Source: Desulfuromonas sp. SDB
GTDB lineage: Bacteria > SDB-A
DNA: 43,445 nt
Reading direction: 5' to 3'
NCBI GenBank assembly: GCA_001412365.1
Contig: LKUE01000391.1
Coordinates: forward strand, 1 to 43,445
This document shows, piece after piece, positions 36,319 to 43,445 of this stretch. The notes below the pieces were generated by a model. That model was given only the letters and a program-made list of their open reading frames with translations. It searched no databases and was not told where the DNA came from. A program made the translations under genes and the position numbers. Every line of letters starts with the position of its first letter. Positions within the stretch are counted from its first letter, which is position 1.

Positions 36319-38079
36319 TTAAGCGTCTTCTATGAGATATTGGGAAGTACCGGTAACTCTGAAAACTTCCTTATAGGAAGTTTGTCCCAGCAGCATTTTT
36401 TTCACCGCTACCTCCCGCAGAGAGAGCATCCCTTCTTTACGGGCATTTTGCCTTAAGTTAATACTGTCTGCTCCGGAAACGATCAATTGACGGGTGCGGG
36501 GAGTTATATTCATTGTTTCAAATATTCCGGTCCTCTCTAAAAATCCGGTTTGACGGCAGTGAAGACATCCTTTTCCCGATTTTATTTGGGCTTGGGAAAT
36601 TAAATCTTCGGAGAGGTTGAGTGCTTTAATTACATCCGGTGGTAATTTTGAATCTTGGGTGCAGTGAGTGCAGACTTTTCTCACCAGTCTTTGGGCGATG
36701 ATGCCGATTAAAGTTGAGGCGATCAGATAACGGGGGATTCCCAGATTGGACAAGCGGGTAATCGCGGAAGGAGCGTCAATGGTGTGCAAAGTGGAAAAGA
36801 CCAAATGACCGGTGAGAGCAGCTTGTATGGCGTAATTAGCAGTTTCTTCATCCCTGATCTCTCCCACCATAATAATGTCGGGATCCTGGCGGAGAACATT
36901 TCTTAAAGCATTGGCAAAGCTAACCCCTGACTTCGGATCAACGGTTATTTGATTGAAATCTTCATATACCAATTCTACTGGATCTTCAATGGTGATAATG
37001 TTCACTTCCGGTTTAGTCAGTTCACGGAGAAGGGAGTACAAAGTTGTGGTTTTCCCGCTCCCGGTAGGTCCGGTAATAAGTATAATACCCTCGTTATGTC
37101 CAATAAAATCTTTAACCAGGGCAAGTTCTTTGGCGAAAAACCCTAATTTATTTATTTCCAGCAGAAGAACTTCCGGATCGAAAATCCTCATAACCACTTT
37201 TTCTCCGAATACAGTGGGCATGGTGGAAATCCTCACTTCTAGTTCAATGCTTTTATACTCCCTCTTGATCCTGCCGTCCTGGGGGATTCTTTTTTGAGCG
37301 ATATCCAGACGGGACAGGATTTTTATCCGGGATACTATGGCTGAATGAACCAGAGTGGGCATGACATGAACATCATGCAGAACTCCGTCAATTCTCATTC
37401 TAACCAGGGACAAATTTCGCTTTGGTTCGATATGAATATCCGAAGCCCTTTGTTCAAATGCATATCCAAACAGATTATCTACTGCCTGCACAATGGGCTT
37501 GGTATGGGGGGATAATTCCTGCTCAGCGCGGCTAAGGTATTCCCGGTCGAAAATATTCTTGGATTCCAGGGAACCGGCTCTCAACATGGTTTCAGCAGCT
37601 TTGAGAGAGGTGTGTAATCCAAAAAATCCCTGATTGATAATTTCAATGTCGCTGGGAGTGGCGATGACCGGTTTAACTTTTATCTGCAGCTGATGCTCAA
37701 TTTCTTCCAGTATCTTCAATTTTTCCGGGTTGCACAAAGCTACGGTTATCTGATCGCCCTCTCTGGATAAAGGAACAATGTTATGATGCTTTGAATAATT
37801 GGCAGGAAGGGAGGCAGTAACAATTTCAATGTCCAGGGAAAGGGGATCAATATGGATGAAATTAAATCCCAGTACTTCCGCCATATTCCGGTAAACCTCT
37901 TCTTCGGACAGGGTGTTGGTGGAAATTATAGCTTGAAGCAGAGACTGACTGGACAGTTTTGCGTGACGTTTTACTTTTTCCAGTTTTTCAACTTCCACAA
38001 TATTTTGTTTTAGCAGGTGATCTATGATTTCCTGTTCAATTTCAGCTTGGGTTTTATTAGCAAAATCCAGGTTCATCAT
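36319..38079 (-). CDS. PilB/GspE family type IV pilus or type II secretion assembly ATPase
   Basis: ASDIHIEP, PQDGR, GPTGSGKTT, TIEDPVE, LRQDPD.IMVGEIRD, TGHLVFSTLH and tetracysteine CTHC/CLHC. Confidence 0.95.
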   Translation of the reverse strand: MMNLDFANKTQAEIEQEIIDHLLKQNIVEVEKLEKVKRHAKLSSQSLLQAIISTNTLSEEEVYRNMAEVLGFNFIHIDPLSLDIEIVTASLPANYSKHHNIVPLSREGDQITVALCNPEKLKILEEIEHQLQIKVKPVIATPSDIEIINQGFFGLHTSLKAAETMLRAGSLESKNIFDREYLSRAEQELSPHTKPIVQAVDNLFGYAFEQRASDIHIEPKRNLSLVRMRIDGVLHDVHVMPTLVHSAIVSRIKILSRLDIAQKRIPQDGRIKREYKSIELEVRISTMPTVFGEKVVMRIFDPEVLLLEINKLGFFAKELALVKDFIGHNEGIILITGPTGSGKTTTLYSLLRELTKPEVNIITIEDPVELVYEDFNQITVDPKSGVSFANALRNVLRQDPDIIMVGEIRDEETANYAIQAALTGHLVFSTLHTIDAPSAITRLSNLGIPRYLIASTLIGIIAQRLVRKVCTHCTQDSKLPPDVIKALNLSEDLISQAQIKSGKGCLHCRQTGFLERTGIFETMNITPRTRQLIVSGADSINLRQNARKEGMLSLREVAVKKMLLGQTSYKEVFRVTGTSQYLIEDA

Positions 38080-38927
38080 TTCTGTTCAATTAATTTCCGG
38101 TATTCATCTACAGTGAAATTCTTGATCTTAGTGGATTCGGATTCTCCGGGAAAATTGCCGGATCTGACGTCTTCACTGTACTGACTTATGGATTGGGTGT
38201 AAGTCTGTCCTAAATTAGCGTAAGTTCTGACAAATTTCGGAATTACATCCGGATTGAAATTCATCAGATCGTGGATAACTAAAATCTGTCCATCGCATTT
38301 ATTCCCACTGCCTATTCCGATGGTGGGGATAGTGATTTTTTCAGTAATTAATTCAGCTAATTCCTGAGGGATGAACTCCAGAACAATGGAGAACACTCCC
38401 AACTCTTCCAGGATAAGAGCATCCTGATAAATCTTTTTGGCTTTTTCAACCGTTTTTCCCTGGAGCCGGTAGCCTCCGTATTTTGATATGGATTGAGGAG
38501 TCAGTCCTAAATGCCCCATCACTGCTATCCCGCAATTTAAAATTGATTTAATCTGGGAAGCCACTTCTTGACCACCTTCAACTTTAACTGCATCCACCTC
38601 CCCTTGAGAAACTAACTTCCCCGCATTTTCAACTGCCTGTTCAGTTGAGATCTGATAGGTTAGAAAGGGCATATCTCCCACCACAAATGTCTCCGGGGCA
38701 CCTTTTCTCACTGCCTGGGAATGCTTGATGATATCCTCCAGGGTTACCTGGAGAGTATTATGGCGTCCGTAGCATACCATCCCCATCGAATCACCCACCA
38801 AGATGAAATCAATTCCCGCTTGTTGCTCATAATAAGCAGTAGGAAAATCGTAAGCGGTTAGGGCTACTATTGGTTTTTGATTTTTTTTAGCCTTTTTAAA
38901 GTCTGAAAGTTTAAAATTTCTGTTCAA
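38076..38927 (-). CDS. panB: 3-methyl-2-oxobutanoate hydroxymethyltransferase
   Basis: LTAYD, LVGDS.GM, DMPF..Y, VKVEGG, GHLGLTPQS and IGIG.G..CDGQ.LV. Confidence 0.97.
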   Translation of the reverse strand: MNRNFKLSDFKKAKKNQKPIVALTAYDFPTAYYEQQAGIDFILVGDSMGMVCYGRHNTLQVTLEDIIKHSQAVRKGAPETFVVGDMPFLTYQISTEQAVENAGKLVSQGEVDAVKVEGGQEVASQIKSILNCGIAVMGHLGLTPQSISKYGGYRLQGKTVEKAKKIYQDALILEELGVFSIVLEFIPQELAELITEKITIPTIGIGSGNKCDGQILVIHDLMNFNPDVIPKFVRTYANLGQTYTQSISQYSEDVRSGNFPGESESTKIKNFTVDEYRKLIEQK

Positions 38928-39397
38928 AACGTCTTAGCTAGTGCAAAAATTGGTTTTAGTCTTTCATTGGTCGCTCTCAGCCTTTCTGCTAAGGTCCGCA
39001 CCAATACCCAGAGAATATTAAGACCTGCTGCTGGAAATTCCTGCATGAATTCAATTAATTTTTCTCTTTTGAATCCAATGGTCTCGGTTTCTTCTTCTGC
39101 AATAACTGTAGCTGATCTTTTGGATGCTTCAATCAAAGCCATTTCTCCAATTATTTCCCCCGGACCGTAAAAAGCAAGAGCTTCTTCTCCCACCCCCGGA
39201 ATTATTGTGCATATCCTCACCTTGCCCTTGATGATCACGTACATTATCTGTCCCTTTTCTCCCTCCGCAAAGATAGTTTCCCCTTTGGTAAATATCTTTA
39301 ATTTTGCCCTTTTGAATAATTCCATTAATTCATCTTTGTTCAAACCCCGGAACAAGGGAACTTTTCTCAAGATTTCAATTTTTTTCTCATTACTCAT
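38924..39397 (-). CDS. Stand-alone cyclic nucleotide-binding domain protein; start ATG 39397
   Basis: LRKVPLF, IF.EGE.G..MY.I..G.V, GEMAL...RSATV; no HTH; TTGGAG RBS upstream of 39397. Confidence 0.9.
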   Translation of the reverse strand: MSNEKKIEILRKVPLFRGLNKDELMELFKRAKLKIFTKGETIFAEGEKGQIMYVIIKGKVRICTIIPGVGEEALAFYGPGEIIGEMALIEASKRSATVIAEEETETIGFKREKLIEFMQEFPAAGLNILWVLVRTLAERLRATNERLKPIFALAKTF

Positions 39398-39398
39398 A

Positions 39399-40457
39399 TT
39401 AAAACTCCAAACTGAGGGGAGATGGCGGAGGAGTACATTTAGCCCATAACCGCAGTTTATCTCCAACCATTAAATCGGTTCGATTAGTGATATCTACTAC
39501 ATAACCGGAACATGATCTGTCCTGAACGTGAACAACCTGCACATGACCTACCACAATTTCCGGAATATGTACTGCTCTGCCTGTATTAGGGTGAGATACA
39601 GTTTGTTCAGGTTTTACAATCTCAAAAATATCTCCGACTGCGATTCCTGATGCCGAGCCCACATCAACATAGACAAAAGCGTAGGGCTTTAATACTCCAT
39701 AGTTTTCCTTTATTGCGCAAATATAGGCATTTGTCTGGATTTCTGCGGGAAGTAGTGTTACATCCAGAGGGATTTCTGGCGCCTGATAAGCAGCCAGGTG
39801 ATCCCCCATTTCAAGAGAATCGGTAAAAGAGTGAGTTATCGTACAGATAGATGATCGGTCAAAAACCTCTTTGATGGTCAATATCCCTTTGATATCAACA
39901 AGATTTCCCATGTATCTTCCGTCTCTATAACTGTTTACTCCTGCATTTAGATCAAAGATTACCAGCTTCTCCCCCGGCTGGAAATTCCGGTCAGTGCCTC
40001 CGTCAATGAATACGTCAATCCCGTTGAATATCTGGTTTTGATCAGGATCTACAATGGAAACTATTGCCGGATTTTCATTAAACTGGCGTTCAGTCAGATA
40101 ACCGCATCTAAATGCCAAGTCATAGGCAACTGCTTTTTCAGGCAAATCTGCCGCAGTTATCTCCACACTGGCAGGTAAGTCAGTAAGTTCCCAAGCCACA
40201 TGGGTTGGACCAGTGGGAGGAATTATCAATTTTTGACCAGGATAAATCCAATGTGGATCTCTGATTATATCGCGGTTGGCTTCCCAAATTACCGGCCACT
40301 GATAGGGATTACCTAAATAGTAATTTGCTAAATACCACAAACAGTCACCGGGAGAAACAATATGATGACGGGGAAGTGAACCGTAATTTAACTGTCCTTG
40401 TGCCGCTAAGCCGCATGCTAGAAAAATTGATAAAAGGACAACCGAGCACCTCTTCAC
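39399..40457 (-). CDS. Exported LysM protein with FlgT-C-like beta domains (TsaP-like); start GTG 40457
   Basis: Signal peptide, LysM GDCLW...WP.IW..N..I.DPHWIYPGQ, and repeated VFIDGG/VYVDVG...GD motifs; AAGGAGG RBS. Confidence 0.82.
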   Translation of the reverse strand: MKRCSVVLLSIFLACGLAAQGQLNYGSLPRHHIVSPGDCLWYLANYYLGNPYQWPVIWEANRDIIRDPHWIYPGQKLIIPPTGPTHVAWELTDLPASVEITAADLPEKAVAYDLAFRCGYLTERQFNENPAIVSIVDPDQNQIFNGIDVFIDGGTDRNFQPGEKLVIFDLNAGVNSYRDGRYMGNLVDIKGILTIKEVFDRSSICTITHSFTDSLEMGDHLAAYQAPEIPLDVTLLPAEIQTNAYICAIKENYGVLKPYAFVYVDVGSASGIAVGDIFEIVKPEQTVSHPNTGRAVHIPEIVVGHVQVVHVQDRSCSGYVVDITNRTDLMVGDKLRLWAKCTPPPSPLSLEF

Positions 40458-40624
40458 AATGCCCTCCTTTCTCAAATATTTAAATTACAATTAGTGCAAG
40501 TTAATAGCTTTGTATTTAAAACGGTTAATGTAACCAAGTTATTTTTATACTTCATGTAAACAACCTTAAACTTTTAGTTCTTGTAATTTAATAACATTTT
40601 TCAGATAAAAATTCCACCTGGAAT

Positions 40625-41782
40625 TTAACTGTCCAGGTTAATTAATTTAATTGGATTAATATTATTTCCTCTGATGAAGTAAACAGATGACTGAAGATTT
40701 ATATGGATGGAATACTCGGTGGTATGCTGATTTAAATTACAGGGGGATAATTCGGCAATAATTCTTCCGGATAAATCAGTTAATATAATGGATTGATCGG
40801 TATAGAAGGGTATACAGATGAAAAGTTGATTTCCGGAATAACTGTAATTAATTGGCTGGAGGCAATAGTGTTGAGATTCTTCAGTTGAAGTCCCTTGATC
40901 TAAAAGCCAGCGTGAAGTATTTAAAATTAATTCCCGGTTGTCATGTTCAATCCAGTTATTTTCATGAGTGGTGGGTCCGCTGCCGTCACAAAATGGTGAA
41001 GAATCTCCAATCCCCGCTACCTTACCGTTTCCCACCAAGGCGGTGGCTACGATTATCAAGGTATTGTTTTGAGGTTTATTATTTACCCAGATATGTCCTC
41101 TTACTGAATCCAAATTTAAATTGTAATTTGGGAAAACGGTGAATACATCGCCTTGATGATAGGTGAAAGTATCCACTTCCCCGTAAAAACCATATATAAT
41201 TGGGTCCTGGTTATTATTGGATACGTTAGTAAAAGAATCACTATATGCATTATAGGGATCACCATTTACATGCAAGTAAAAACCAAAGCGGGGTTTTATG
41301 AACCTGGAAGTATCCGCGCCAGGGGGAGTAGTGATATGAGGATTGACAAAACCGTTGAAAATACTGGGGGAGTCCCAGTCGTTGTGGTTGCGGTCAGAGC
41401 TGTTGTGATCGGCAATTATAAACAAATTCCCCCCATTGACCACAAAATCTTCAATGGCATCCATTTCCTGCAAGCTGAAGGTGTCCTGAGGTTCAGGTAT
41501 GATCAGCAGGTCAATTCCATCCAGCACCCCCGGGGTGATAAAATCGGTATTTATCCTGATGGTATGACCGGCCAGGTATAACTCATACCCCCAGGTGGAC
41601 AGCTGACCATTCCAGTCATGGGCAGAGGTGGGTGGATAAGGTTGGGGTACAGGGGCATTATCGTCAACAATGAAATCGTAGGAACTCCAGTTGGTCTGGC
41701 TGTGAGCTTGATCAAATAAAATAGTTGCCCCGGGCAGGCAAACCGGAATTAATAAAGTGATAATTAAGTATTTCACAATCAC
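40625..41782 (-). CDS. Secreted GATase-like/DUF4350-type domain protein with a T9SS type A-like C-terminal domain
   Basis: Signal peptide, ILFDQAH, DLLIIPEPQ, FV.NGG.L.IIADH, G.GKV..IGDSS; C-terminal TDLSGRII...SSVYFIR. Confidence 0.7.
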   Translation of the reverse strand: MIVKYLIITLLIPVCLPGATILFDQAHSQTNWSSYDFIVDDNAPVPQPYPPTSAHDWNGQLSTWGYELYLAGHTIRINTDFITPGVLDGIDLLIIPEPQDTFSLQEMDAIEDFVVNGGNLFIIADHNSSDRNHNDWDSPSIFNGFVNPHITTPPGADTSRFIKPRFGFYLHVNGDPYNAYSDSFTNVSNNNQDPIIYGFYGEVDTFTYHQGDVFTVFPNYNLNLDSVRGHIWVNNKPQNNTLIIVATALVGNGKVAGIGDSSPFCDGSGPTTHENNWIEHDNRELILNTSRWLLDQGTSTEESQHYCLQPINYSYSGNQLFICIPFYTDQSIILTDLSGRIIAELSPCNLNQHTTEYSIHINLQSSVYFIRGNNINPIKLINLDS

Positions 41783-41937
41783 AATAATATCATTTTGACC
41801 GTTGAAAGTCTAGATTGAGAAAATTCCTCATTTCAACCTTATTTAAGTTATTCTGCTGTAAGCCAGTACATTATAAATTTATTTTTAGCCAGGCTGAGTC
41901 TGATCGGGCAGATTGTTTTTGTTTGTAATTTCACCCC

Positions 41938-41965
41938 TTGACAGTTTATTAACTGCAAATATCTT
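41938..41965 (+). promoter_or_regulatory. Candidate sigma70 promoter for the hsp20 cluster
   Basis: TTGACA (41938-41943), 16-nt spacer, TATCTT. Confidence 0.5.
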
Positions 41966-42009
41966 TTTTAAGTGAGAGAAAAGAGCAAAGTAAATTAAGG
42001 AGGTATAAC

Positions 42010-42423
42010 ATGTGGTTTAGCGATGACTACTATTATCCACTGAGAGAATTTAAAGATCTTCAGCGGAGGTTAGATCAGTTATTTGAAGGTAACCGTAGAG
42101 GTACCAGTTTCCCCCTGTGCAATATCAGCACTGACCAGGAGAAAATTTACCTTAATTTTCTGATTCCCGGAGTGAATCAGGAAGATATTAACTTAACCAC
42201 CACCAATGATTCTTTAGATATCGAAGTGGAAAAAAAATCTTGTAAGGAACAGCAGGATTGCGTGAGAGAGGAGAGAATCAGCGGAAAATTTAAAAGAGCC
42301 ATTAATCTTCCTTACCACATAGATACTGATAAAACCGAAGCTTCTTATCGTAATGGAATTTTATCAGTAACTTTAATCCGTTCTGATCAAGATAAACCTA
42401 AGACTATTGCAATTAAATCCTAG
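42010..42423 (+). CDS. Hsp20/alpha-crystallin small heat shock protein
   Basis: IPGV..EDI, ER..GKF.R.I.LP and A.Y.NGIL; AAGGAGG RBS. Confidence 0.93.
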   Translation: MWFSDDYYYPLREFKDLQRRLDQLFEGNRRGTSFPLCNISTDQEKIYLNFLIPGVNQEDINLTTTNDSLDIEVEKKSCKEQQDCVREERISGKFKRAINLPYHIDTDKTEASYRNGILSVTLIRSDQDKPKTIAIKS

Positions 42424-42432
42424 GAGGAAAAA

Positions 42433-42801
42433 ATGGAAAAGAAAATAGAAAAACAAAATCAATCAGCTAAAAAAGTATACCGTCCAACTACAGATATTTA
42501 CACCAATGAAGATGGTTTTATTCTGTATTTGGATGTACCTGGCTGTGATCAAGATGATGTCAATATCAATGTGGAAAACAATATATTGAATATCAAAGCG
42601 GAGCCGAAGAATGAAGCTGAATCTAAAACTGATTTGATTTATCAGGAATTTGAACTGGGTACTTATGAGCGGACTTTTACTTTACCCCGGAAAACTGATG
42701 TAAATAAAATCGAAGCTTCCATGAAGGATGGAACCCTTAAAGTGGTGCTTCCATTTTCAGAAGAAGTTAAGCCGAAGAAAATTGAAATTAAGAAATCATA
42801 A
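42433..42801 (+). CDS. Hsp20/alpha-crystallin small heat shock protein
   Basis: P.TDIY, DVPG, YERTFTLP, A.MKDG.L and terminal KKIEIK. Confidence 0.93.
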   Translation: MEKKIEKQNQSAKKVYRPTTDIYTNEDGFILYLDVPGCDQDDVNINVENNILNIKAEPKNEAESKTDLIYQEFELGTYERTFTLPRKTDVNKIEASMKDGTLKVVLPFSEEVKPKKIEIKKS

Positions 42802-42812
42802 GGAGGTCTGAA

Positions 42813-43304
42813 ATGGCTTTTAAAAACTTAATTCCGTGGCAGAGAGGGAATTCAGGCATTCAGGATTTTCAGCATTCTCCTTTTTACAGCTTAAGAGATG
42901 AGATGAATAAGATGTTTGAGGATTTTTTCAAGGATTTTGATTTAAACCTCCCTCAATCTTATTCATCCGCAAAATTTAATCCCAGCGTAAATGTAGCTGA
43001 AGATAAGGACAAAATCGAAATCACTGCTGAACTTCCGGGAATGGATGAAAAAGATGTGGAGCTCACTCTGTCCGAAAATAAACTGACTATAAGCGGAGAA
43101 AAAAAAGAAGAAGTGAAAAAGGAAAAAGAGAACTATCATTACTTGGAAAGAAAAAGCGGTTATTTCCGCCGTACCATCCAACTGCCGGTGGAGATAAATA
43201 CTGAACAGGCTGAAGCTGAATTCAACAAAGGTGTGTTGAAGGTTATCCTGCCTAAATCAAAACAAGCTGAAAAAATAAAGAAGATTCAAATTAAATCTGA
43301 ATAA
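42813..43304 (+). CDS. Hsp20/alpha-crystallin small heat shock protein
   Basis: NLIPW, AELPGM, ISGEKK, ER..G.FRR.I.LP and A.F.KGVL. Confidence 0.95.
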   Translation: MAFKNLIPWQRGNSGIQDFQHSPFYSLRDEMNKMFEDFFKDFDLNLPQSYSSAKFNPSVNVAEDKDKIEITAELPGMDEKDVELTLSENKLTISGEKKEEVKKEKENYHYLERKSGYFRRTIQLPVEINTEQAEAEFNKGVLKVILPKSKQAEKIKKIQIKSE

Positions 43305-43306
43305 TC

Positions 43307-43330
43307 CAGGGGGGATTTACCTCCCCCCTG
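43307..43330 (+). terminator. GC-rich hairpin after the hsp20 cluster
   Basis: CAGGGGGGA-TTTACC-TCCCCCCTG, 9-bp stem, no U-tract. Confidence 0.55.
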
Positions 43331-43387
43331 AAATCAAACCAGGGATAAACCCATAGCACACCGCCCGATCCCGGGAAAATATTTATT

Positions 43388-43445
43388 GACAGGATGGACA
43401 GGATGCCCACCACCACCCCTACGATTAACCACAGATGAACACAGA
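43388..43445. repeat. Short tandem repeats at the window edge
   Basis: (GACAGGATG)x2 at 43388-43405, and a 10-nt period CACAGATGAA-CACAGA truncated by the window end. Confidence 0.5.

Noticed and set aside
39398-39466. N-terminal extension of the cNMP protein
   Set aside because: Overlaps the LysM gene end; ATG 39397 has an RBS and a typical domain start.
481-43181. Numerous short antisense or alternate-frame ORFs in the ORF track
   Set aside because: All lie within well-supported genes and show no motifs; they are shadows of real coding frames.
1-43445. CRISPR arrays, tRNA/rRNA genes, transposases, prophage or defence islands
   Set aside because: No repeat-spacer periodicity, cloverleaf or mobile-element motifs seen by eye; intergenic gaps are short.

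Overview
AT-rich bacterial chromosomal segment made mostly of housekeeping operons. I saw no mobile element, CRISPR array, rRNA or tRNA. A T9SS-like C-terminal domain and the gene order suggest an FCB-group or related uncultured lineage, but this is inference only. Order of contents: TldE/TldD pair; membrane protein; ABC ATPase-HPr-EI-PGI/PMI-nucleotidyltransferase-metK-histidine kinase-sigma54 regulator; rpmB; L,D-transpeptidase; pdxST; DUF89 phosphatase; degenerate ABC ATPase; long guaA; two tandem Tim44/Zn-ribbon/TerB paralogs; 6S RNA; rny-ymdB-folD-xseA-caspase-family protein-short alaS; trpR-leader-trpB2; LysM-cNMP-panB-PilB; secreted protein; three Hsp20 genes. Highlights: (1) an unannotated Trp-Trp leader ORF coupled to trpR and overlapping a GC-rich hairpin upstream of a lone trpB2, pointing to repressor plus attenuator control of probable indole salvage; (2) duplicated membrane proteins with a (Tim44-Zn ribbon)x2-TerB-polyPro architecture; (3) a probably exported caspase-family protease with PPC-like repeats embedded in a core operon; (4) probable CTG and ATT start codons; (5) an ABC ATPase that keeps only one composite ATP site.
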